Shown here: piece after piece, positions 41,701 through 53,525 of the stretch
Numbering within the stretch: position 1 is the first letter of the stretch
Layout: each line of letters starts with the position of its first letter
Assembly: GCF_009914755.1 (NCBI RefSeq)
Contig: NC_060937.1
Source: the human T2T-CHM13v2.0 reference genome, Homo sapiens
Direction: 5' to 3' (one strand)
Length of the DNA stretch: 64,000 bases
Made by a program: the position numbers and the translations under genes
Notes under the pieces: model-generated
Told to the model about the DNA's origin: nothing
The model's input: the letters and a program-made list of their open reading frames with translations, nothing else
The model's database searches: none

Positions 41701-44347
41701 CATTAGAGCTATCCAAATATCCACTTACAGTTTCTACAAAAAGAGTGTTTCCAAACTGCTGCATCAAAAGAGAGGTTCCACTCTGTTAGCTGAGTACACA
41801 CATCACAAACTTGTTTCTCAGAATCCTTCTGTCTCGTTTTTCTGGGAAGATATTTACTTTTTCACCGTAGGCATCAAAGCGCTCCAAATGTCCACATCCA
41901 GATACTCCAGAAAGAGTGTTTCAAACCTGCTCTATGAAAGGGAATCTTCAACTCTATGAGTTGAATGCAGACATCAGAAAGAAATTTCTGAGAATGCTGC
42001 TGTCTACCTTTTATTTGAATTCCCGCTTCCAACGAAATCCTCCAAGCTATCCAAATATCCACTTGCAGATTCCACAAAAAGAGTGTTTCAAAACTGCTCT
42101 CTATCAATGGCAAAGTTCAACTCTGTTAGTTGAGGACACATATCACCAACAAGTTTCTGAGAATGCTTCTGTCTATTTTTTATGGGAAGATATTTCCTTT
42201 TTCACCGTAGGCGTCAAGGCGATCGAAATGTCCACTTCCACAAACTACAAAAAGAGTGTTTCAAACCTGCTCTATGAAAGGCCATGTTCATCTCTATGAG
42301 TCGAATGGAAATATCCGAAAGAAATTTCTGGGAATGCTGCTGTCTAGTTTTTATACGAATTCCCGCTTCCAACGAAATCCTCAAAGCAATCCAAATATCC
42401 ACTTGCAGAATCCACAAAAAGAGTGTTTCAAAACTGCTCTATCAATAGAAAGGTTCAACTCTTTTAGTTGAGTACACACATCACAAACAAGTTTCTGAGA
42501 ATGCTTCTGTCTGGCTTTTATTGGAAGACGTTTCCTTTTCACCAAAGGCATCAAAGCGCTCCAAATGTCCACTTCCAGATTCTTCCAAAAGAGTGTTTGA
42601 AACGTGCTCAAAGTAAGGGAATGTTCAACTCTGTGACTTGAATGCAGATATCACCAAGTAGTTTCTAATAGTGCTTCTGTCTAGATTTTAGATGATGATA
42701 TTCCCGTTTCCAACGAAATCGTTAGAGCTATCCAAATATCCACTTACAGTTTCTACAAAAAGAGTGTTTCCAAACTGCTGCATCAAAAGAAAGGTTCAAC
42801 TCTGTTAGTTGAGGACACACATCACAAAGAAGTTTGTGAGAATGCTTCTGTCTAGATTTTGTATGACCATATTCCCTTTTCCAGCGATATCATTAAAGCA
42901 ATCTAAATATCCATTTGCAGAATCCACAAAAATAGAGTTTCAAAGCTGCTCTGTAAAAAGAAAGGTTCCACTCTGTTAGCTGAGTACACACATCACAAAC
43001 TTGTTTCTGAGAATCCTTCTGTCTCGTTTTTATGGGAAGATATTTACTTTTTCACCGTAGGCATCAAAGCGCTCCAAATGTCCACATCCAGATACTCCAG
43101 AAAGAGTGTTTCAAATCTGCTCTATGAAAGGGAATCTTCAACTCTATGAGTTGAATGCAGACATCAGAAAGAAATTTCTGAGAATGCTGCTGTCTACCTT
43201 TTATTTGAACTCCCGCTTCCAACGAAATCCTCCAAGCTATCCAAATATCCACTTGCATTTTCCACAAAAAGAGTGCTTCAAAACTGCTCTATCAATAAAT
43301 GTTCAACTCCTTTAGCTGGGTGCACACATCACAAACAAGTTTCTGAGAATGCTTCTGTCTAGTTTTTATGGGGAGACATTCCCTTTTTCACCAAAGGCAT
43401 CAAAGCGCTCCAAATGTCCACTTCCAGACACTACAAAAAGAGTGTTTCCAACGTGCTCTAAGAAAGCGAATGTTCAACTCTGTGACTTGAATGCAGATAT
43501 CACAAAGTAGTTTCTGAGAGGGCTTCTGTCTAGATTTTAGATGATGATATTCCCGTTTCCAACGAAATCATTAGAGCTATCCAAATATCCACTTACAGTT
43601 TCTACAAAAAGAGTGTTTCCAAACTGCTGCATCAAAAGAGAGGTTCCACTCTGTTAGCTGAGTACACACATCACAAACTTGTTTCTCAGAATCCTTCTGT
43701 GTCGTTTTTATGGGAAGATATTTACTTTTTCACCGTAGGCATCAAAGCGCTCCAAATGTCCACATCCAGATACTCCAGAAAGAGTGTTTCAAACCTGCTC
43801 TATGAAAGGGAATCTTCAACTCTATGAGTTGAATGCAGACATCAGAAAGAAATTTCTGAGAATGCTGCTGTCTACCTTTTATTTGAATTCCCGCTTCCAA
43901 CGAAATCCTCCAAGCTATCCAAATATCCACTTGCAGATTCCACAAAAAGAGTGTTTCAAAACTGCTCTCTATCAATGGCAAAGTTCAACTCTGTTAGTTG
44001 AGGACACATATCACCAACAAGTTTCTGAGAATGCTTCTATTTTTTATGGGAAGATATTTCCTTTTTCACCGTAGGCGTCAAGGCGATCGAAATGTCCACT
44101 TCCACAAACTACAAAAAGAGTGTTTCAAACCTGCTCTATGAAAGGCCATGTTCATCTCTATGAGTCGAATGGAAATATCCGAAAGAAATTTCTGGGAATG
44201 CTGCTGTCTAGTTTTTATACGAATTCCCGCTTCCAACGAAATCCTCAAAGCAATCCAAATATCCACTTGCAGAATCCACAAAAAGAGTGTTTCAAAACTG
44301 CTCTATCAATAGAAAGGTTCAACTCTTTTAGTTGAGTACACACATCA
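38744..44347 (-). repeat. Three 11-mer HOR units (1870, 1870, 1864 bp)
   Basis: Unit starts 38744, 40614, 42484. Confidence 0.93.
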
Positions 44348-47300
44348 CAAACAAGTTTCTGAGAATGCTTCTGTCTGGCTTTTATTGGAAGACGTTTCCT
44401 TTTCACCAAAGGCATCAAAGCGCTCCAAATGTCCACTTCCAGATTCTTCCAAAAGAGTGTTTGAAACGTGCTCAAAGTAAGGGAATGTTCAACTCTGTGA
44501 CTTGAATGCAGATATCACCAAGTAGTTTCTAATAGTGCTTCTGTCTAGATTTTAGATGATGATATTCCCGTTTCCAACGAAATCGTTAGAGCTATCCAAA
44601 TATCCACTTACAGTTGCTACAAAAACAGTGTTTCCAAACTGCTGCATCAAAAGAAAGGTTCAACTCTGTTAGTTGAGGACACACGTCACAAAGAAGTTTG
44701 TGAGAATGCTTCTGTCTAGATTTTGTATGACGATATTCCCTTTTCCAACGATATCGTTAAAGCAATCTAAATATCCATTTGCAGAATCCACAAAAATAGA
44801 GTTTCAAAGCTGCTCTGTAAAAAGAAAGGTTCCACTCTGTTAGCTGAGTACACACATCACAAACTTGTTTCTCAGAATCCTTCTGTCTCGTTTTTATGGG
44901 AAGATATTTACTTTTTCACCGTAGGCATCAAAGCGCTCCAAATGTCCACATCCAGATACTCCAGAAAGAGTGTTTCAAACCTGCTCTATGAAAGGGAATC
45001 TTCAACTCTATGAGTTGAATGCAGACATCAGAAAGAAATTTCTGAGAATGCTGCTGTCTACCTTTTATTTGAATTCCCGCTTCCAACGAAATCCTCCAAG
45101 CTATCCAAATATCCACTTGCAGATTCCACAAAAAGAGTGTTTCAAAACTGCTCTCTATCAATGGCAAAGTTCAACTCTGTTAGTTGAGGACACATATCAC
45201 CAACAAGTTTCTGAGAATGCTTCTGTCTATTTTTTATGGGAAGATATTTCCTTCTTCACCGTAGGCGTCAAGGCGATCGAAATGTCCACTTCCACAAACT
45301 ACAAAAAGAGTGTTTCAAACCTGCTCTATGAAAGGCCATGTTCATCTCTATGAGTCGAATGGAAATATCCGAAAGAAATTTCTGGGAATGCTGCTGTCTA
45401 GTTTTTATACGAATTCCCGCTTCCAACGAAATCCTCAAAGCAATCCAAATATCCACTTGCAGAATCCACAAAAAGAGTGTTTCAAAACTGCTCTATCAAT
45501 AGAAAGGTTCAACTCTTTTAGTTGAGTACACACATCACAAACAAGTTTCTGAGAATGCTTCTGTCTGGCTTTTATTGGAAGACGTTTCCTTTTCACCAAA
45601 GGCATCAAAGCGCTCCAAATGTCCACTTCCAGATTCTTCCAAAAGAGTGTTTGAAACGTGCTCAAAGTAAGGGAATGTTCAACTCTGTGACTTGAATGCA
45701 GATATCACCAAGTAGTTTCTAATAGTGCTTCTGTCTAGATTTTAGATGATGATATTCCCGTTTCCAACGAAATCGTTAGAGCTATCCAAATATCCACTTA
45801 CAGTTTCTACAAAAAGAGTGTTTCCAAACTGCTGCATCAAAAGAAAGGTTCAACTCTGTTAGTTGAGGACACACGTCACAAAGAAGTTTGTGAGAATGCT
45901 TCTGTCTAGATTTTGTATGACGATATTCCCTTTTCCAACGATATCGTTAAAGCAATCTAAATATCCATTTGCAGAATCCACAAAAATAGAGTTTCAAAGC
46001 TGCTCTGTAAAAAGAAAGGTTCCACTCTGTTAGCTGAGTACACACATCACAAACTTGTTTCTCAGAATCCTTCTGTCTCGTTTTTATGGGAAGATATTTA
46101 CTTTTTCACCGTAGGCATCAAAGCGCTCCAAATGTCCACATCCAGATACTCCAGAAAGAGTGTTTCAAACCTGCTCTATGAAAGGGAATCTTCAACTCTA
46201 TGAGTTGAATGCAGACATCAGAAAGAAATTTCTGAGAATGCTGCTGTCTACCTTTTATTTGAATTCCCGCTTCCAACGAAATCCTCCAAGCTATCCAAAT
46301 ATCCACTTGCAGATTCCACAAAAAGAGTGTTTCAAAACTGCTCTCTATCAATGGCAAAGTTCAACTCTGTTAGTTGAGGACACATATCACCAACAAGTTT
46401 CTGAGAATGCTTCTGTCTATTTTTTATGGGAAGATATTTCCTTTTTCACCGTAGGCGTCAAGGCGATCGAAATGTCCACTTCCACAAACTACAAAAAGAG
46501 TGTTTCAAACCTGCTCTATGAAAGGCCATGTTCATCTCTATGAGTCGAATGGAAATATCCGAAAGAAATTTCTGGGAATGCTGCTGTCTAGTTTTTATAC
46601 GAATTCCCGCTTCCAACGAAATCCTCAAAGCAATCCAAATATCCACTTGCAGAATCCACAAAAAGAGTGTTTCAAAACTGCTCTATCAATAGAAAGGTTC
46701 AACTCTTTTAGTTGAGTACACACATCACAAACAAGTTTCTGAGAATGCTTCTGTCTGGCTTTTATTGGAAGACGTTTCCTTTTCACCAAAGGCATCAAAG
46801 CGCTCCAAATGTCCACTTCCAGATTCTTCCAAAAGAGTGTTTGAAACGTGCTCAAAGTAAGGGAATGTTCAACTCTGTGACTTGAATGCAGATATCACCA
46901 AGTAGTTTCTAATAGTGCTTCTGTCTAGATTTTAGATGATGATATTCCCGTTTCCAACGAAATCGTTAGAGCTATCCAAATATCCACTTACAGTTTCTAC
47001 AAAAAGAGTGTTTCCAAACTGCTGCATCAAAAGAAAGGTTCAACTCTGTTAGTTGAGGACACACGTCACAAAGAAGTTTGTGAGAATGCTTCTGTCTAGA
47101 TTTTGTATGACGATATTCCCTTTTCCAACGATATCGTTAAAGCAATCTAAATATCCATTTGCAGAATCCACAAAAATAGAGTTTCAAAGCTGCTCTGTAA
47201 AAAGAAAGGTTCCACTCTGTTAGCTGAGTACACACATCACAAACTTGTTTCTCAGAATCCTTCTGTCTCGTTTTTATGGGAAGATATTTACTTTTTCACC

Positions 47301-47917
47301 GTAGGCATCAAAGCGCTCCAAATGTCCACATCCAGATACTCCAGAAAGAGTGTTTCAAACCTGCTCTATGAAAGGGAATCTTCAACTCTATGAGTTGAAT
47401 GCAGACATCAGAAAGAAATTTCTGAGAATGCTGCTGTCTACCTTTTATTTGAATTCCCGCTTCCAACGAAATCCTCCAAGCTATCCAAATATCCACTTGC
47501 AGATTCCACAAAAAGAGTGTTTCAAAACTGCTCTCTATCAATGGCAAAGTTCAACTCTGTTAGTTGAGGACACATATCACCAACAAGTTTCTGAGAATGC
47601 TTCTGTCTATTTTTTATGGGAAGATATTTCCTTTTTCACCATAGGCGTCAAGGCGATCGAAATGTCCACTTCCACAAACTACAAAAAGAGTGTTTCAAAC
47701 CTGCTCTATGAAAGGCCATGTTCATCTCTATGAGTCGAATGGAAATATCCGAAAGAAATTTCTGGGAATGCTGCTGTCTAGTTTTTATACGAATTCCCGC
47801 TTCCAACGAAATCCTCAAAGCAATCCAAATATCCACTTGCAGAATCCACAAAAAGAGTGTTTCAAAACTGCTCTATCAATAGAAAGGTTCAACTCTTTTA
47901 GTTGAGTACACACATCA
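44348..47917 (-). repeat. Three 7-mer HOR units
   Basis: Unit starts 44348, 45538, 46728. Confidence 0.93.
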
Positions 47918-50900
47918 CAAACAAGTTTCTGAGAATGCTTCTGTCTGGCTTTTATTGGAAGACGTTTCCTTTTCACCAAAGGCATCAAAGCGCTCCAAAT
48001 GTCCACTTCCAGATTCTTCCAAAAGAGTGTTTGAAACGTGCTCAAAGTAAGGGAATGTTCAACTCTGTGACTTGAATGCAGATATCACCAAGTAGTTTCT
48101 AATAGTGCTTCTGTCTAGATTTTAGATGATGATATTCCCGTTTCCAACGAAATCGTTAGAGCTATCCAAATATCCACTTACAGTTTCTACAAAAAGAGTG
48201 TTTCCAAACTGCTGCATCAAAAGAAAGGTTCAACTCTGTTAGTTGAGGACACACATCACAAAGAAGTTTGTGAGAATGCTTCTGTCTAGATTTTGTATGA
48301 CCATATTCCCTTTTCCAGCGATATCATTAAAGCAATCTAAATATCCATTTGCAGAATCCACAAAAATAGAGTTTCAAAGCTGCTCTGTAAAAAGAAAGGT
48401 TCCACTCTGTTAGCTGAGTACACACATCACAAACTTGTTTCTCAGAATCCTTCTGTCTCGTTTTTCTGGGAAGATATTTACTTTTTCACCGTAGGCATCA
48501 AAGCGCTCCAAATGTCCACATCCAGATACTCCAGAAAGAGTGTTTCAAACCTGCTCTATGAAAGGGAATCTTCAACTCTATGAGTTGAATGCAGACATCA
48601 GAAAGAAATTTCTGAGAATGCTGCTGTCTACCTTTTATTTGAATTCCCGCTTCCAACGAAATCCTCCAAGCTATCCAAATATCCACCTGCATTTTCCACA
48701 AAAAGAGCGTTTCAAAACTGCTCTATCAATAGAAATGTTCAACTCCTTTGGCTGGGTACACACATCACAAACAAGTTTCTGAGAATGCTTCTGTCTAGTT
48801 TTTATGGGAAGACATTCCCTTTTTCACCAAAGGCATCAAAGCGCTCCAAATGTCCACTTCCAGACACTACAAAAAGAGTGTTTCCAACGTGCTCTAAGAA
48901 AGCGAATGTTCAACTCTGTGACTTGAATGCAGATATCACAAAGTAGTTTCTGAGAGGGCTTCTGTGTAGATTTTAGATGATGATATTCCCGTTTCCAACG
49001 AAATCATTAGAGCTATCCAAATATCCACTTACAGTTTCTACAAAAAGAGTGTTTCCAAACTGCTGCATCAAAAGAGAGGTTCCACTCTGTTAGCTGAGTA
49101 CACACATCACAAACTTGTTTCTCAGAATCCTTCTGTCTCGTTTTTCTGGGAAGATATTTACTTTTTCACCGTAGGCATCAAAGCGCTCCAAATGTCCACA
49201 TCCAGATACTCCAGAAAGAGTGTTTCAAACCTGCTCTATGAAAGGGAATCTTCAACTCTATGAGTTGAATGCAGACATCAGAAAGAAATTTCTGAGAATG
49301 CTGCTGTCTACCTTTTATTTGAATTCCCGCTTCCAACGAAATCCTCCAAGCTATCCAAATATCCACTTGCAGATTCCACAAAAAGAGTGTTTCAAAACTG
49401 CTCTCTATCAATGGCAAAGTTCAACTCTGTTAGTTGAGGACACATATCACCAACAAGTTTCTGAGAATGCTTCTGTCTATTTTTTATGGGAAGATATTTC
49501 CTTTTTCACCGTAGGCGTCAAGGCGATCGAAATGTCCACTTCCACAAACTACAAAAAGAGTGTTTCAAACCTGCTCTATGAAAGGCCATGTTCATCTCTA
49601 TGAGTCGAATGGAAATATCCGAAAGAAATTTCTGGGAATGCTGCTGTCTAGTTTTTATACGAATTCCCGCTTCCAACGAAATCCTCAAAGCAATCCAAAT
49701 ATCCACTTGCAGAATCCACAAAAAGAGTGTTTCAAAACTGCTCTATCAATAGAAAGGTTCAACTCTTTTAGTTGAGTACACACATCACAAACAAGTTTCT
49801 GAGAATGCTTCTGTCTGGCTTTTATTGGAAGACGTTTCCTTTTCACCAAAGGCATCAAAGCGCTCCAAATGTCCACTTCCAGATTCTTCCAAAAGAGTGT
49901 TTGAAACGTGCTCAAAGTAAGGGAATGTTCAACTCTGTGACTTGAATGCAGATATCACCAAGTAGTTTCTAATAGTGCTTCTGTCTAGATTTTAGATGAT
50001 GATATTCCCGTTTCCAACGAAATCGTTAGAGCTATCCAAATATCCACTTACAGTTGCTACAAAAACAGTGTTTCCAAACTGCTGCATCAAAAGAAAGGTT
50101 CAACTCTGTTAGTTGAGGTCACACGTCACAAAGAAGTTTGTGAGAATGCTTCTGTCTAGATTTTGTATGACGATATTCCCTTTTCCAACGATATCGTTAA
50201 AGCAATCTAAATATCCATTTGCAGAATCCACAAAAATAGAGTTTCAAAGCTGCTCTGTAAAAAGAAAGGTTCCACTCTGTTAGCTGAGTACACACATCAC
50301 AAACTTGTTTCTGAGAATCCTTCTGTCTCGTTTTTATGGGAAGATATTTACTTTTTCACCGTAGGCATCAAAGCGCTCCAAATGTCCACATCCAGATACT
50401 CCAGAAAGAGTGTTTCAAACCTGCTCTATGAAAGGGAATCTTCAACTCTATGAGTTGAATGCAGACATCAGAAAGAAATTTCTGAGAATGCTGCTGTCTA
50501 CCTTTTATTTGAACTCCCGCTTCCAACGAAATCCTCCAAGCTATCCAAATATCCACCTGCATTTTCCACAAAAAGAGCGTTTCAAAACTGCTCTATCAAT
50601 AGAAATGTTCAACTCCTTTGGCTGGGTACACACATCACAAACAAGTTTCTGAGAATGCTTCTGTCTAGTTTTTATGGGAAGACATTCCCTTTTTCACCAA
50701 AGGCATCAAAGCGCTCCAAATGTCCACTTCCAGACACTACAAAAAGAGTGTTTCCAACGTGCTCTAAGAAAGCGAATGTTCAACTCTGTGACTTGAATGC
50801 AGATATCACAAAGTAGTTTCTGAGAGGGCTTCTGTCTAGATTTTAGATGATGATATTCCCGTTTCCAACGAAATCATTAGAGCTATCCAAATATCCACTT

Positions 50901-53525
50901 ACAGTTTCTACAAAAAGAGTGTTTCCAAACTGCTGCATCAAAAGAGAGGTTCCACTCTGTTAGCTGAGTACACACATCACAAACTTGTTTCTCAGAATCC
51001 TTCTGTCTCGTTTTTCTGGGAAGATATTTACTTTTTCACCGTAGGCATCAAAGCGCTCCAAATGTCCACATCCAGATACTCCAGAAAGAGTGTTTCAAAC
51101 CTGCTCTATGAAAGGGAATCTTCAACTCTATGAGTTGAATGCAGACATCAGAAAGAAATTTCTGAGAATGCTGCTGTCTACCTTTTATTTGAATTCCCGC
51201 TTCCAACGAAATCCTCCAAGCTATCCAAATATCCACTTGCAGATTCCACAAAAAGAGTGTTTCAAAACTGCTCTCTATCAATGGCAAAGTTCAACTCTGT
51301 TAGTTGAGGACACATATCACCAACAAGTTTCTGAGAATGCTTCTGTCTATTTTTTATGGGAAGATATTTCCTTTTTCACCGTAGGCGTCAAGGCGATCGA
51401 AATGTCCACTTCCACAAACTACAAAAAGAGTGTTTCAAACCTGCTCTATGAAAGGCCATGTTCATCTCTATGAGTCGAATGGAAATATCCGAAAGAAATT
51501 TCTGGGAATGCTGCTGTCTAGTTTTTATACGAATTCCCGCTTCCAACGAAATCCTCAAAGCAATCCAAATATCCACTTGCAGAATCCACAAAAAGAGTGT
51601 TTCAAAACTGCTCTATCAATAGAAAGGTTCAACTCTTTTAGTTGAGTACACACATCACAAACAAGTTTCTGAGAATGCTTCTGTCTGGCTTTTATTGGAA
51701 GACGTTTCCTTTTCACCAAAGGCATCAAAGCGCTCCAAATGTCCACTTCCAGATTCTTCCAAAAGAGTGTTTGAAACGTGCTCAAAGTAAGGGAATGTTC
51801 AACTCTGTGACTTGAATGCAGATATCACCAAGTAGTTTCTAATAGTGCTTCTGTCTAGATTTTAGATGATGATATTCCCGTTTCCAACGAAATCGTTAGA
51901 GCTATCCAAATATCCACTTACAGTTTCTACAAAAAGAGTGTTTCCAAACTGCTGCATCAAAAGAAAGGTTCAACTCTGTTAGTTGAGGACACACATCACA
52001 AAGAAGTTTGTGAGAATGCTTCTGTCTAGATTTTGTATGACCATATTCCCTTTTCCAGCGATATCATTAAAGCAATCTAAATATCCATTTGCAGAATCCA
52101 CAAAAATAGAGTTTCAAAGCTGCTCTGTAAAAAGAAAGGTTCCACTCTGTTAGCTGAGTACACACATCACAAACTTGTTTCTGAGAATCCTTCTGTCTCG
52201 TTTTTATGGGAAGATATTTACTTTTTCACCGTAGGCATCAAAGCGCTCCAAATGTCCACATCCAGATACTCCAGAAAGAGTGTTTCAAATCTGCTCTATG
52301 AAAGGGAATCTTCAACTCTATGAGTTGAATGCAGACATCAGAAAGAAATTTCTGAGAATGCTGCTGTCTACCTTTTATTTGAACTCCCGCTTCCAACGAA
52401 ATCCTCCAAGCTATCCAAATATCCACTTGCATTTTCCACAAAAAGAGTGCTTCAAAACTGCTCTATCAATAAATGTTCAACTCCTTTAGCTGGGTGCACA
52501 CATCACAAACAAGTTTCTGAGAATGCTTCTGTCTAGTTTTTATGGGAAGACATTCCCTTTTTCACCAAAGGCATCAAAGCGCTCCAAATGTCCACTTCCA
52601 GACACTACAAAAAGAGTGTTTCCAACGTGCTCTAAGAAAGCGAATGTTCAACTCTGTGACTTGAATGCAGATATCACAAAGTAGTTTCTGAGAGGGCTTC
52701 TGTCTAGATTTTAGATGATGATATTCCCGTTTCCAACGAAATCATTAGAGCTATCCAAATATCCACTTACAGTTTCTACAAAAAGAGTGTTTCCAAACTG
52801 CTGCATCAAAAGAGAGGTTCCACTCTGTTAGCTGAGTACACACATCACAAACTTGTTTCTCAGAATCCTTCTGTCTCGTTTTTCTGGGAAGATATTTACT
52901 TTTTCACCGTAGGCATCAAAGCGCTCCAAATGTCCACATCCAGATACTCCAGAAAGAGTGTTTCAAACCTGCTCTATGAAAGGGAATCTTCAACTCTATG
53001 AGTTGAATGCAGACATCAGAAAGAAATTTCTGAGAATGCTGCTGTCTACCTTTTATTTGAATTCCCGCTTCCAACGAAATCCTCCAAGCTATCCAAATAT
53101 CCACTTGCAGATTCCACAAAAAGAGTGTTTCAAAACTGCTCTCTATCAATGGCAAAGTTCAACTCTGTTAGTTGAGGACACATATCACCAACAAGTTTCT
53201 GAGAATGCTTCTGTCTATTTTTTATGGGAAGATATTTCCTTTTTCACCGTAGGCGTCAAGGCGATCGAAATGTCCACTTCCACAAACTACAAAAAGAGTG
53301 TTTCAAACCTGCTCTATGAAAGGCCATGTTCATCTCTATGAGTCGAATGGAAATATCCGAAAGAAATTTCTGGGAATGCTGCTGTCTAGTTTTTATACGA
53401 ATTCCCGCTTCCAACGAAATCCTCAAAGCAATCCAAATATCCACTTGCAGAATCCACAAAAAGAGTGTTTCAAAACTGCTCTATCAATAGAAAGGTTCAA
53501 CTCTTTTAGTTGAGTACACACATCA
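47918..53525 (-). repeat. Three 11-mer HOR units (1870, 1870, 1868 bp)
   Basis: Unit starts 47918, 49788, 51658. Confidence 0.93.

Noticed and set aside
48961-48970. Private C>G at 48966 destroying an XbaI site
   Set aside because: Isolated singleton SNP outside any motif; useful only as a mapping marker.
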